IMG/VR virus record: IMGVR_UViG_3300037991_000189
Span: 1 to 47,799 of that record
DNA: 47,799 bases
From: a virus
Taxonomy: Duplodnaviria > Caudoviricetes
Strand: one strand, 5' to 3'
Positions 8,887-17,022 of the stretch are shown here, one piece after another. How positions within the stretch are numbered: the stretch's first letter is position 1; every line of letters begins with the position of its first letter. The translations under genes and the position numbers were made by a program. The notes under the pieces were generated by a model that was not told where the DNA came from, ran no database searches, and saw only the letters and a list, made by a program, of their open reading frames with translations.

Positions 8887-9093
8887 ATGTCACGTTCTAC
8901 TAAAAATGTTAGTCAGCCACTAACAAAACGTCGTAAGCCACGACGACAAGAATACAAAAGGCTACCAAAAGGAACCACGTCACACTTCGAGTGGCACGGT
9001 GATAAGTTTGTGGAGATTTTCATGATTAACGGTTTCCGTTACGTCAAGCACTTCACACCCGATAACAATACTAACTTTAACCATAGTAACTAA
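8887..9093 (+). CDS. Small basic early protein (contains palindrome copy 4 at 8907-8925)
   Basis: GGAGG RBS; first ORF after the strong promoter. Confidence 0.75.
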   Translation: MSRSTKNVSQPLTKRRKPRRQEYKRLPKGTTSHFEWHGDKFVEIFMINGFRYVKHFTPDNNTNFNHSN

Positions 9094-9105
9094 GGAGATA
9101 CTATT

Positions 9106-10014
9106 ATGAATACATCAAATATTAAAACTGTTAGTCAGCCACTAACAAATACCCCATCAATATCTAGTTCGGCAACACTTGTCGAGTTAGGCATATCAAA
9201 GTGGACTGGTCGTAAGCTAGACAAGTCAGCATCAAGAGATGTTGCGTTATCTGCAAATGCAAAAACTGGTGTCGCAAATGTCCACAAGAAATTACTTGGT
9301 GATTGTGCAGAACTCAAGGCGATCGATACTGTTGTCGGTGTAGCACGTACTGCACATTACAGTATGACAATGCCGTGGTCAGATACTGGTTTGCGATTGC
9401 TCACAACAAAAGCATACTTCAAGTATCACGAAACCATGACCGAGATCCAAGCCTCGTTTGATGATTGTGTTAACACGTTCTTACAAGCATATGATTGGGA
9501 GATCACACAAGCACAAGCCAAGCTAGGCGATCTGTTCAATCGTAATGACTATCCAACTACCGACAGTCTATCAAGAAAGTTCGGTTTCAGATTGTCGTAT
9601 ATGCCATTACCCGAGGCAGGCGACTTTCGTTTGGACATCAACAACGAGGCACAAGCCGAGATGAAGAGCCATTACGAAACGTATTACACGACGCAGTTGA
9701 ACAATGCCATGAACGACATATGGCAACGTGCATACAAGTGTCTATCAAATATGTCCGAGCGATTGGACTATGCAAGTCATGAAAGCAAGAAAGTATTTCG
9801 TGATACTCTTGTTAGTAATGTACTCGACATTGTTGACTTACTATCCGTTTGCAATGTCACCAACGATAGTCAGATGGAGGCTATGCGATTAAAACTTGAG
9901 GATACACTTCAAGGTGTTACACCTGATGCTCTACGTGAAGACGAGTTTCTACGTGCCGAGACCAAGAAGTCCGTTGACGAAGTTATTAAATCATTACCAT
10001 CATTAGATATGTAA
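9106..10014 (+). CDS. DUF3150-like protein (contains palindrome copy 5 at 9129-9147)
   Basis: LVELGISKWTGRKLD N-terminus, YPT..SL..KF motif and helical body resemble DUF3150; AGGAG RBS. Confidence 0.6.
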   Translation: MNTSNIKTVSQPLTNTPSISSSATLVELGISKWTGRKLDKSASRDVALSANAKTGVANVHKKLLGDCAELKAIDTVVGVARTAHYSMTMPWSDTGLRLLTTKAYFKYHETMTEIQASFDDCVNTFLQAYDWEITQAQAKLGDLFNRNDYPTTDSLSRKFGFRLSYMPLPEAGDFRLDINNEAQAEMKSHYETYYTTQLNNAMNDIWQRAYKCLSNMSERLDYASHESKKVFRDTLVSNVLDIVDLLSVCNVTNDSQMEAMRLKLEDTLQGVTPDALREDEFLRAETKKSVDEVIKSLPSLDM

Positions 10015-10019
10015 CCAAC

Positions 10020-10038
10020 CGTTAGTCGCTGACTAACA
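10020..10038. repeat. 19-bp palindrome copy 6 (CGTTAGTCGCTGACTAACA), intergenic
   Basis: Between the stop at 10014 and the AGGAGG RBS of the ATPase. Confidence 0.95.
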
Positions 10039-10060
10039 CTTTTAAAAGGAGGCTTATGCC

Positions 10061-11158
10061 ATGACTAATCAAGCAATTCAAATGTACTCGCTATCTATTG
10101 ACGAGACTGTTAACGCCATCGAGACGGCAGGAGAAATGAGGACTATCCTAGTGCAAGGTCACATGGGTACTGGTAAATCATCTATCTTGTCCATACTTGC
10201 TGAGAAGTATCCGACCTATGTGCCGTGCTACTTTGACTGCACCACCAAAGACTTGGGCGATATCACAATACCTAACGTGTCCAAGCTAGACAACGGGACT
10301 GGGTTTGTGTCGTATCTCACTAACGAAGAACTTGGTGTGCATCACGACAAACCAATCATACTCATGATCGACGAGTATGGTAAGGCAAACCCAGCCGTCA
10401 AGAATGCAATGCTACGGCTTATGCTCGAGCGTAAGATTGGTAGCTACAAACTACACAAGGACAGTTTGGTATTTGCTACAACCAATCTTGGAGCAGAGGG
10501 CGTTGGCGATCTCATACCACCTCACGGACGTAATCGTATTGTCATGAGTGTGATGAAGAAACCAACCAATCTCGAGTTCATATCCTATGGTGTCAACAAG
10601 GGACTTGATCCTACACTACTTGGTTGGTGTAAGGAAAACCCACAGTTGTTCTATTCTTTCGAGGATGTTAAGAACCCCGATGACAACCCATACATCTATC
10701 ACCCCAAGCAACAACGTACGTCTTTTGTGACACCACGTTCTCTTGAGGCATGTAGTGTGTGGTTGGAGCGACGTGACAAACTCAATGACACTACACTTAC
10801 TGCTATGCTCATGGGCACGATCGGTGAACGTGGTGCTATGGACTTGATGGCATTTGTCAAACTTGCTGACCAACTACCATCTTTCGAGAGTATCAAGAAA
10901 GACCCAAAGAATGCCAAAGTGCCTACGTCTGCATCTGCCGTGTGTATGGTTGTGTATCGCACACTAGCAACTTTGGAGAAAGACTGGATTGATGCTTGGA
11001 TGGACTACATGGTACGGTTGGACAAAGAGGCACAAGGTATGTTTGCCAATGGTGTACGTGATCCCAAATATACCAAGCAATCTATGGTCATGACCAACAA
11101 GAAGTTCACCAAGTGGGCAATGGACAACAACTATATGTTCGCATCGGACAAGAAGTAA
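10061..11158 (+). CDS. MoxR-like AAA+ ATPase
   Basis: Walker A GHMGTGKS, Walker B ILMIDE, sensor-1 ATTN, Arg finger RNR, sensor-2 TPRS. Confidence 0.88.
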   Translation: MTNQAIQMYSLSIDETVNAIETAGEMRTILVQGHMGTGKSSILSILAEKYPTYVPCYFDCTTKDLGDITIPNVSKLDNGTGFVSYLTNEELGVHHDKPIILMIDEYGKANPAVKNAMLRLMLERKIGSYKLHKDSLVFATTNLGAEGVGDLIPPHGRNRIVMSVMKKPTNLEFISYGVNKGLDPTLLGWCKENPQLFYSFEDVKNPDDNPYIYHPKQQRTSFVTPRSLEACSVWLERRDKLNDTTLTAMLMGTIGERGAMDLMAFVKLADQLPSFESIKKDPKNAKVPTSASAVCMVVYRTLATLEKDWIDAWMDYMVRLDKEAQGMFANGVRDPKYTKQSMVMTNKKFTKWAMDNNYMFASDKK

Positions 11159-11160
11159 AC

Positions 11161-11179
11161 AGTTAGTCGCTGACTAACA
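11161..11179. repeat. 19-bp palindrome copy 7 (AGTTAGTCGCTGACTAACA), intergenic
   Basis: Between the ATPase stop and the RBS of the vWA gene. Confidence 0.95.
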
Positions 11180-11192
11180 GAAAGGTAGAAAA

Positions 11193-12467
11193 ATGTTTAT
11201 TACAAGTGAACAGTTGACGGAAGAGCAACGTGTGCAGAAAGCCGTCATCTCAATCATGCAAAACCCAAAGTATGTCGCACTCGCAGGCATACTCATGTTG
11301 GGTGAACGTGTGGTGGTAGACGCAGATGACTGGCAGTATGGTATGCCTACTGCGTGTACCAATGGCAGAGACGAATGGTATCATCGTGACTTTGTATCCA
11401 AGCTAAATGATGCAGAGTTACGGTTTCTCATTCTACATGAGTGCTACCACAAGTTGTACAAACATCTTATCACGTGGGCATGGATACAGAAAGAAGATCC
11501 CAACGAGGCAAACATATGCACGGACTTGGTCATCAACTGTAAGATATGTGACGACAACAGAGATGGTTTTGCTACAATGACTGGCGAACTTGCCAGTGGT
11601 TGGTATGACCCACAGTATCGTGGCATGGACACTGCTCAGATATACAAACTGCGTAAACAAGACAAGCAGAAACAAGGTGGTGGTCAAGGTCAAGGCGATG
11701 GTCAAGGCACTGGTCTCAGTGGTCAAGATGGCAAAAGTGTTAGTCAGCCACTAACACAAAAGTCTATCGACAATCACGATTGGGAGGGGGCAAAGGAGTT
11801 GTCCCCCCAAGAGAAGAACGAGTTGGCACGTGACATTGACGAGGCAATACGTCAAGGGGCACTGATTGCAGGCAAGACTGGTTCGGGTGGCGATCGTGAC
11901 TTGACCGATCTGCTCAAACCACAGATTGACTGGCGAGAAGTGTTGCGTGAGTTTGTCACGACGACATGCACTGGCAACGACTACTCTACGTGGAAACGAC
12001 CTAACAGACGTTATGTGTCGGCAGGTGTGTATCTACCGAGTGGCATATCCGAGAGGGTGGGCGAACTTGTTATCGCACCCGACACGAGTGGCTCGATCGG
12101 TCAGCACGAGTTGGCTAGGTTTCTTACCGAGATCAAATCGATATGCGACACAGTACACCCCGAGAAAGTACGACTACTCTATTGGGACACACAAGTGTGT
12201 GGTGACGAGACATACGAGATGCACGAACTCGATGACTTGGTCAAGTCTACCAAACCCAAAGGTGGTGGTGGCACTATGATCGAGTGTGTCCCCGAGTACA
12301 TTACCAAGCAAGGCATCAAGCCTCAAGCGTGTATTGTCTTGACCGACGGCTATCTTGGTAGCAGTTGGGGTAAGTGGTCGTGTCCATTGTTGTGGTGCAT
12401 TATCGACAACGAATCAGCCGTGCCCGACGTGGGTACACACGTTCATGTGAAATCAAGGGAGATATAA
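11193..12467 (+). CDS. DUF2201-like metallopeptidase + vWA domain protein (palindrome copy 8 at 11738-11756 in the linker)
   Basis: PTACTNG, HExxH (HECYH), G/Q-rich linker, MIDAS DTSGS, GGGGT, LTDGY. Confidence 0.85.
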   Translation: MFITSEQLTEEQRVQKAVISIMQNPKYVALAGILMLGERVVVDADDWQYGMPTACTNGRDEWYHRDFVSKLNDAELRFLILHECYHKLYKHLITWAWIQKEDPNEANICTDLVINCKICDDNRDGFATMTGELASGWYDPQYRGMDTAQIYKLRKQDKQKQGGGQGQGDGQGTGLSGQDGKSVSQPLTQKSIDNHDWEGAKELSPQEKNELARDIDEAIRQGALIAGKTGSGGDRDLTDLLKPQIDWREVLREFVTTTCTGNDYSTWKRPNRRYVSAGVYLPSGISERVGELVIAPDTSGSIGQHELARFLTEIKSICDTVHPEKVRLLYWDTQVCGDETYEMHELDDLVKSTKPKGGGGTMIECVPEYITKQGIKPQACIVLTDGYLGSSWGKWSCPLLWCIIDNESAVPDVGTHVHVKSREI

Positions 12468-12468
12468 A

Positions 12469-12651
12469 ATGTCACATAGAATAAAGAACATACTCACCGA
12501 TGCAGAAGAATTGTTGCATCATCTGTTAACCAACGAGGGCATGACCAATGGTCAAGCTCTCAAGAAGATCAAGCAAGAGCTAGGCGACATAGCGAAAGAA
12601 CACGCACAGCAACAGCTTATCGAGTGGTGGAGGAACGATCATGGGGTATAG
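12469..12651 (+). CDS. Hypothetical early protein
   Basis: 60 aa, GGGAG RBS, tightly packed in the operon. Confidence 0.65.
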   Translation: MSHRIKNILTDAEELLHHLLTNEGMTNGQALKKIKQELGDIAKEHAQQQLIEWWRNDHGV

Positions 12652-13183
12652 ATCAGACGGCACTATTGTCGTTGCGTTCGAGTCCTTGCAAGATATGTAT
12701 GAGGTACTAGCCGTATATCGGCTAGACCCTCGTGTGCAGAAACTCAATCCGTTTCAGCGACATATCGATGATGACGATGAACGTGGCAACTGGACATTCC
12801 ACGACTGGGACTTAGATGAGCATACAAAATGTGTTATCATGCGTCTCGATTTCTATGGTTGGAAGTACTATCGAGAATACGAGGACATACAAGCATATGA
12901 ACATCTAGTTGCAGTATGTAAACAGTTTGCCAACGAGCGAGAAGACTTCTCTTACGCATACAGATTTGTACGTGGAGGCGAAGAAGATGACGACACCGAA
13001 GAAGAATGTTATGGGAGCGACACCCCTCTAAGTCAATCGATGGTGGAGAACCTAGAACAAGAACTCGGTGTTCGCATGGTGTGGTCGTTGTACGACGATC
13101 TTAACTGTAACACGACACAACAAGACTATTATTTTAACCAAACTGTTAGTCAAGGACTAACAAAAACAACAAAGGAGAAGTAA
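12641..13183 (+). CDS. Acidic hypothetical early protein (palindrome copy 9 at 13144-13162)
   Basis: GGAGG RBS; MGYRSD start and RFVRGGEEDDDTEE motif, typical of a small phage early-protein family. Confidence 0.8.
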   Translation: MGYRSDGTIVVAFESLQDMYEVLAVYRLDPRVQKLNPFQRHIDDDDERGNWTFHDWDLDEHTKCVIMRLDFYGWKYYREYEDIQAYEHLVAVCKQFANEREDFSYAYRFVRGGEEDDDTEEECYGSDTPLSQSMVENLEQELGVRMVWSLYDDLNCNTTQQDYYFNQTVSQGLTKTTKEK

Positions 13184-13184
13184 C

Positions 13185-14240
13185 ATGTCAGTATATGATA
13201 TGCCAAGGCTAGAGACTTTCGGTGCAGTAGCCAAGCACTACAAAATGGTTGACCCAGTTGTCAGCACAAGACACACGTTGGAAGATGACATACGACCCCT
13301 GGGCGACAGACGACGTAAGTGGGAACGTGTTAAGAAGTTCTCAGATAATTGCTATGCTCTTTACGATGGCGAGATAGGCGACAACGTACAGTACAACGAT
13401 TGGCACGGTGCTAACAATCTAGTGCCCTATGATGCACACAAAGCACTCGCACCTATCTTATGGACATTGCAAAGTGATGGCACACAGATACTACGTGTAC
13501 GTAATGGTTCGGGTAGTAATGCTCATACTGGTAGGTATGCGTTCTTAGATCGAGCGTTGCCTTTGGGGTTCGAGGTTATCATTGACAATGGTAAACAGTT
13601 CGTTCGCTACAATGGTGTCAAATACTTTTTACCAAAGAGTGATTTTCATTCGTGGTCATCTAGGAGAAAGTACAAGCACAACCAAACAGACGATAAGAAG
13701 TATCTTGAGTTCCAACGTGGACCCGATGATAGGGATTGGAAGATCAAGACAAACTCGTTTGTGTATCTGCCACCACGTAATCTGGTTGACAAGGAACGTA
13801 AGAAAAAGTTCAAGCCTGCTATGGACTCTTACTATTCTTGGTTGCTTATCATGGCTCCCATGTTTCGATCACAACTCGAACACGTGCCTTTCTCGTATGA
13901 TGGTCGTAGCAACGATAGGTATACAGAAAATTCCAATCTTGCTAGGGACAAACGTATGGAGTTACTCGAGTATGCACGTGAAAACAAGTGGGTGTCTGCT
14001 GATACACAGATATGGAATTTCAGTTTCGCACCCGAGCATGCACTTGAGGTCATGGAAGACGAGGAACACCCAATGCGTATGCACATGGCATGGGGTTTAC
14101 TGCATGAGTCTTGCTTGTTCGACGAACACGAGTCAGAACGTAAGAAGTTCAGAAGTAAATACAATCGTTGGGTCAACAAACTTTGTGGGTTCAACAAAAC
14201 AATCGACAGTAAAGTCGTACACAAAAAGGAGGTAAAGTAA
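13185..14240 (+). CDS. Hypothetical early protein
   Basis: 351 aa, AGGAG RBS; DIRPLGDRRRKWE N-terminal motif. Confidence 0.8.
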   Translation: MSVYDMPRLETFGAVAKHYKMVDPVVSTRHTLEDDIRPLGDRRRKWERVKKFSDNCYALYDGEIGDNVQYNDWHGANNLVPYDAHKALAPILWTLQSDGTQILRVRNGSGSNAHTGRYAFLDRALPLGFEVIIDNGKQFVRYNGVKYFLPKSDFHSWSSRRKYKHNQTDDKKYLEFQRGPDDRDWKIKTNSFVYLPPRNLVDKERKKKFKPAMDSYYSWLLIMAPMFRSQLEHVPFSYDGRSNDRYTENSNLARDKRMELLEYARENKWVSADTQIWNFSFAPEHALEVMEDEEHPMRMHMAWGLLHESCLFDEHESERKKFRSKYNRWVNKLCGFNKTIDSKVVHKKEVK

Positions 14241-14422
14241 TGTCTAATATTAATAAAATAAAAAAATGGCTCATAGATGAAATAGTGTTTCATCAACCCA
14301 TTGTAGATGGAGATGAAATGCTAACTGATGGGACTAATGACATTTGTATTGGAAGACACGAATGTGCATCTAGTTTACTGGAACAAATAGAGAAATGGGA
14401 GAATGAAAATGTCAATAAATGA
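14240..14422 (+). CDS. Hypothetical protein
   Basis: AGGAGG RBS, TAATG coupling; more AT-rich than its neighbours. Confidence 0.65.
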   Translation: MSNINKIKKWLIDEIVFHQPIVDGDEMLTDGTNDICIGRHECASSLLEQIEKWENENVNK

Positions 14423-15311
14423 GGGATACATGAGAGTAGTCGATATTAACGCAAGGGTTGATCTCGAGAAACAACAAGAGGCTAGGGATAAACTAGCCTC
14501 CAACTCACACTTGCAGGACTACATGAAAGCGTTACGTGTAGCGTTTCGTGGTATCGTGTTTACACCACACCCACATGATGTGAGGAGGGTATGGGTGCAT
14601 ATGCCCAAAGATCCTTTCTGCTTGGGTTGGATTGGCTACGGTGATTTTCAAACCACTGTCAGTGCAGATAAATTAAGTTATGTTGTGTACTCGAAGAACA
14701 TATCTAACTGGAAGTATGGTGACTACAATGACCAATACCACATGGCTATGTCAGTCAATCTTAATACTGCCGTTCGTAATGCTAAGAAGTATTTACGCCC
14801 ACTATCGACTAGTGACATGGCATTAGAAAAGTATAGCGAGATGCTTACACATTCTGAAAAGTCCAAGAGTAAAGCAAGCAATGATGCGTACAATGCTCGT
14901 AGTGATATGTTACGTCACAGTGAAACTAAACCAAATGCACTTGTCGAATACATGCGTACACTTGTTAACACGGGTCATGAGTTTACTGACAAAGAGTTGG
15001 AGGGCACGTTACTCAATTACTTCAAGTTAGAAAAGGAGTCGATAGAGTTAAAGAACAAGGTAATCAATACAGTCTTTGTGCGTGTGCATGAGCGATTCGG
15101 GAAACAAGTCTTTGATGTTGCAACTGTTGTAAAAGACGGATACAGCAACAAGACACAATCTGTTGTTAATTATAACAGAGATAATTTGCCCGAAGATATA
15201 ATGGGTAAGATCTCTGCTCTCAGCATGGTCGAGAACGGGCACTGGGTTGACGACGTGGGTTATCGTGTTGATGCTACGTTGTTCTACGTTGTTCTTGCAG
15301 CCAATGAGTAA
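14403..15311 (+). CDS. Hypothetical early protein
   Basis: 302-aa ORF with GGGAG RBS. Confidence 0.8.
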   Translation: MKMSINEGYMRVVDINARVDLEKQQEARDKLASNSHLQDYMKALRVAFRGIVFTPHPHDVRRVWVHMPKDPFCLGWIGYGDFQTTVSADKLSYVVYSKNISNWKYGDYNDQYHMAMSVNLNTAVRNAKKYLRPLSTSDMALEKYSEMLTHSEKSKSKASNDAYNARSDMLRHSETKPNALVEYMRTLVNTGHEFTDKELEGTLLNYFKLEKESIELKNKVINTVFVRVHERFGKQVFDVATVVKDGYSNKTQSVVNYNRDNLPEDIMGKISALSMVENGHWVDDVGYRVDATLFYVVLAANE

Positions 15312-15555
15312 GTTAACACAGCCTAACACGTCATACCACGTGAACATATCAGATGATACTGGACTTGTCAGAATTGTATGTTTAGGTATGGAATGTGTTG
15401 ACACAACATTAAAAGGTAGTTATAGTTCTATAGATAAGTGTCCTTTATGGGTTCAAGAAAAGTTATCTTTGTTGATGATGCTTGAAACTAAAGCGACACT
15501 TGATAACATAGGTACTAGGATTGCCGACAACCGATTTGTAATCAACGGCAAGTAG
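15304..15555 (+). CDS. Hypothetical protein (probable start ATG 15304)
   Basis: C-terminal PLWVQEKLSLLMML..IGTR resembles the PEDIMGKISALSMV..VGYR end of the preceding protein. Confidence 0.65.
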   Translation: MSKLTQPNTSYHVNISDDTGLVRIVCLGMECVDTTLKGSYSSIDKCPLWVQEKLSLLMMLETKATLDNIGTRIADNRFVINGK

Positions 15556-15617
15556 TTTTTGTTAGTCGCTGACTAACAGTTTTGAGGGGTGTCATGCCCC
15601 TCGCTACTTGCCGTTGA
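15542..15617. other. Three-way-junction element containing palindrome copy 10 (15560-15578)
   Basis: Perfect 14-bp outer stem 15542-55/15604-17 enclosing two hairpins. Confidence 0.75.
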
Positions 15618-15640
15618 AACCAGTTTTTTGGGAGGATAAA

Positions 15641-15871
15641 ATGGATAAGTTTAGTAAACGAAGAGCAAGCATAAGAGATTTGCAAAGACAGTTAGCAATA
15701 AAAAACTCAAAGAAGACACCACAAGAGTTAGGTATGCACGAGAGGTTTGAAGATGACCCAAAAGCATTGAAAGAAATAGAGTATGGTAGAGTAGTGCGAA
15801 AGCCTACAACACCTTTGAGTGGTGGGTCTACACTAGGCACAATAGAGTTTGAGGATAAAAAATGGTCATGA
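15641..15871 (+). CDS. Hypothetical protein (probable start ATG 15641)
   Basis: GGAGGA RBS; ERFEDDPKA motif. Confidence 0.65.
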   Translation: MDKFSKRRASIRDLQRQLAIKNSKKTPQELGMHERFEDDPKALKEIEYGRVVRKPTTPLSGGSTLGTIEFEDKKWS

Positions 15872-16170
15872 CACCCGAGGCGAAAGTCAAAAGGAAAGTT
15901 GTAGCACAACTGAAAGAAATGGGAGCATACTACTTTTACCCAGTTACTGGTGGGTATGGTCAAAGTGGTGTGCCCGACGTAGTTGGTTGCTATAAAGGTA
16001 TATTCTTTGGTATCGAGTGTAAAGCAGGTAGCAACAAGCCTACACCATTGCAGGATAAGAACTTAACAGATATTAAAAAACAGAAAGGGATTGCAGTAGT
16101 CATCAACGAGAAGAATGTTGATAATATTCGTGGCATATTTGATGATTATTACAATGGAGTTAAGCAGTGA
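15862..16170 (+). CDS. VRR-NUC domain nuclease (Holliday-junction resolvase-like)
   Basis: TPEAKVK, GVPD, IECKA, KPTPLQ PD-(D/E)xK signature. Confidence 0.88.
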   Translation: MVMTPEAKVKRKVVAQLKEMGAYYFYPVTGGYGQSGVPDVVGCYKGIFFGIECKAGSNKPTPLQDKNLTDIKKQKGIAVVINEKNVDNIRGIFDDYYNGVKQ

Positions 16171-16375
16171 GAGACTCCTTAAAGTGTGTTGGGAATACAT
16201 GGCACATATCCACTGCAACAGGGGGAGTTCGCCTCCATTGAAATAGAACTTTGACCTTGTCGTAGAAGTACGTACTACTAGTCCCTTGTGTAATGATATG
16301 TCACGTTAAGGGTAAAACTTCCATACCTCATAGAGCGAAGTTTAGGCATATCTTACAAAGGGCATCAATTTTTTA
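16171..16375 (+). ncRNA. Putative structured non-coding RNA/leader
   Basis: About 215 bp of non-coding DNA with a long bulged stem 16283-16302/16345-16362 and an inner stem AAACTTC/GAAGTTT. Confidence 0.4.
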
Positions 16376-16385
16376 GGAGGAAGAC

Positions 16386-16568
16386 ATGGCTACAAGATGG
16401 AAAGATGATTTATGTCCAAAGTGCAAGACATACATATGTTTTACAGATGGATACGCAGTTTGTAAGGTTTGCAGATTGTCAATAGACAACTCGCATGTAG
16501 AGGAACAACTAGAATTACCACTAGATTTTGAACCCTCAGAAAATCATACATGGAGCAAAAAGCGATGA
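16386..16568 (+). CDS. Small zinc-ribbon protein
   Basis: CPKC...CKVC; AGGAGG RBS; QLELPL resembles a beta-clamp-binding motif. Confidence 0.7.
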   Translation: MATRWKDDLCPKCKTYICFTDGYAVCKVCRLSIDNSHVEEQLELPLDFEPSENHTWSKKR

Positions 16569-16855
16569 AGAGCAGAAAAAATAGAATAGATTTATTAGAA
16601 GAGGCATCAAACCTAACGAATGGGGATAGGCTAAAAGATTATGGTGACCCAGTAACAAACCATCAGCACATAGCTGACATATTCAATGCTATCACTGGGC
16701 ATGACTTGACTGCACGTGAGATCGTGTTGGTGCATGAGGCTACAAAGCTGGCTCGAAGGCAGAGGAGTCCAAAGAAGATAGATCATTATGTAGACAATAT
16801 GGCATATGTCGGTATCGAATATGAATGTGCTATGGCAGAGGAATATGGTGAGTAG
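16550..16855 (+). CDS. DUF6378-like phage protein
   Basis: GDRLKDYGDP..N...IA, KLAR, DHYVD..AY pattern. Confidence 0.75.
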   Translation: MEQKAMKSRKNRIDLLEEASNLTNGDRLKDYGDPVTNHQHIADIFNAITGHDLTAREIVLVHEATKLARRQRSPKKIDHYVDNMAYVGIEYECAMAEEYGE

Positions 16856-16866
16856 GAGAAGTATTT

Positions 16867-17022
16867 ATGAAAGATTTACCACAAAGTATCCAAAGGGATA
16901 TTAAAATACAAATGGAAGTTCAAGCTAAGTTAGGTAAGAAAACTTACAAAGATATTTGGGTTGGTTGGGGTTGGATAAGCCTAGACAAGAATGGCACTTT
17001 AACTTTTAAGGAAGTTAAATAA
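16867..17022 (+). CDS. 51-aa hypothetical protein (below the ORF-track cutoff)
   Basis: AGGAG RBS; MKDLPQSIQ...FKEVK; TAATG-coupled to polA. Confidence 0.6.
   Translation: MKDLPQSIQRDIKIQMEVQAKLGKKTYKDIWVGWGWISLDKNGTLTFKEVK

Noticed and set aside
13582-14296. Long alternative-frame and antisense ORFs (217 aa +, 154 aa -), and the many + strand ORFs opposite the structural genes
   Set aside because: They are shadows of well-supported genes, with no RBS and S/L/F-rich antisense-type composition.
7197-15578. Integron attC sites (GTT.../...AAC resemblance of the palindrome)
   Set aside because: The order is reversed relative to attC (RYYYAAC...GTTRRRY), the sites are only 19 bp, several lie inside genes, and there is no tyrosine recombinase in the window.
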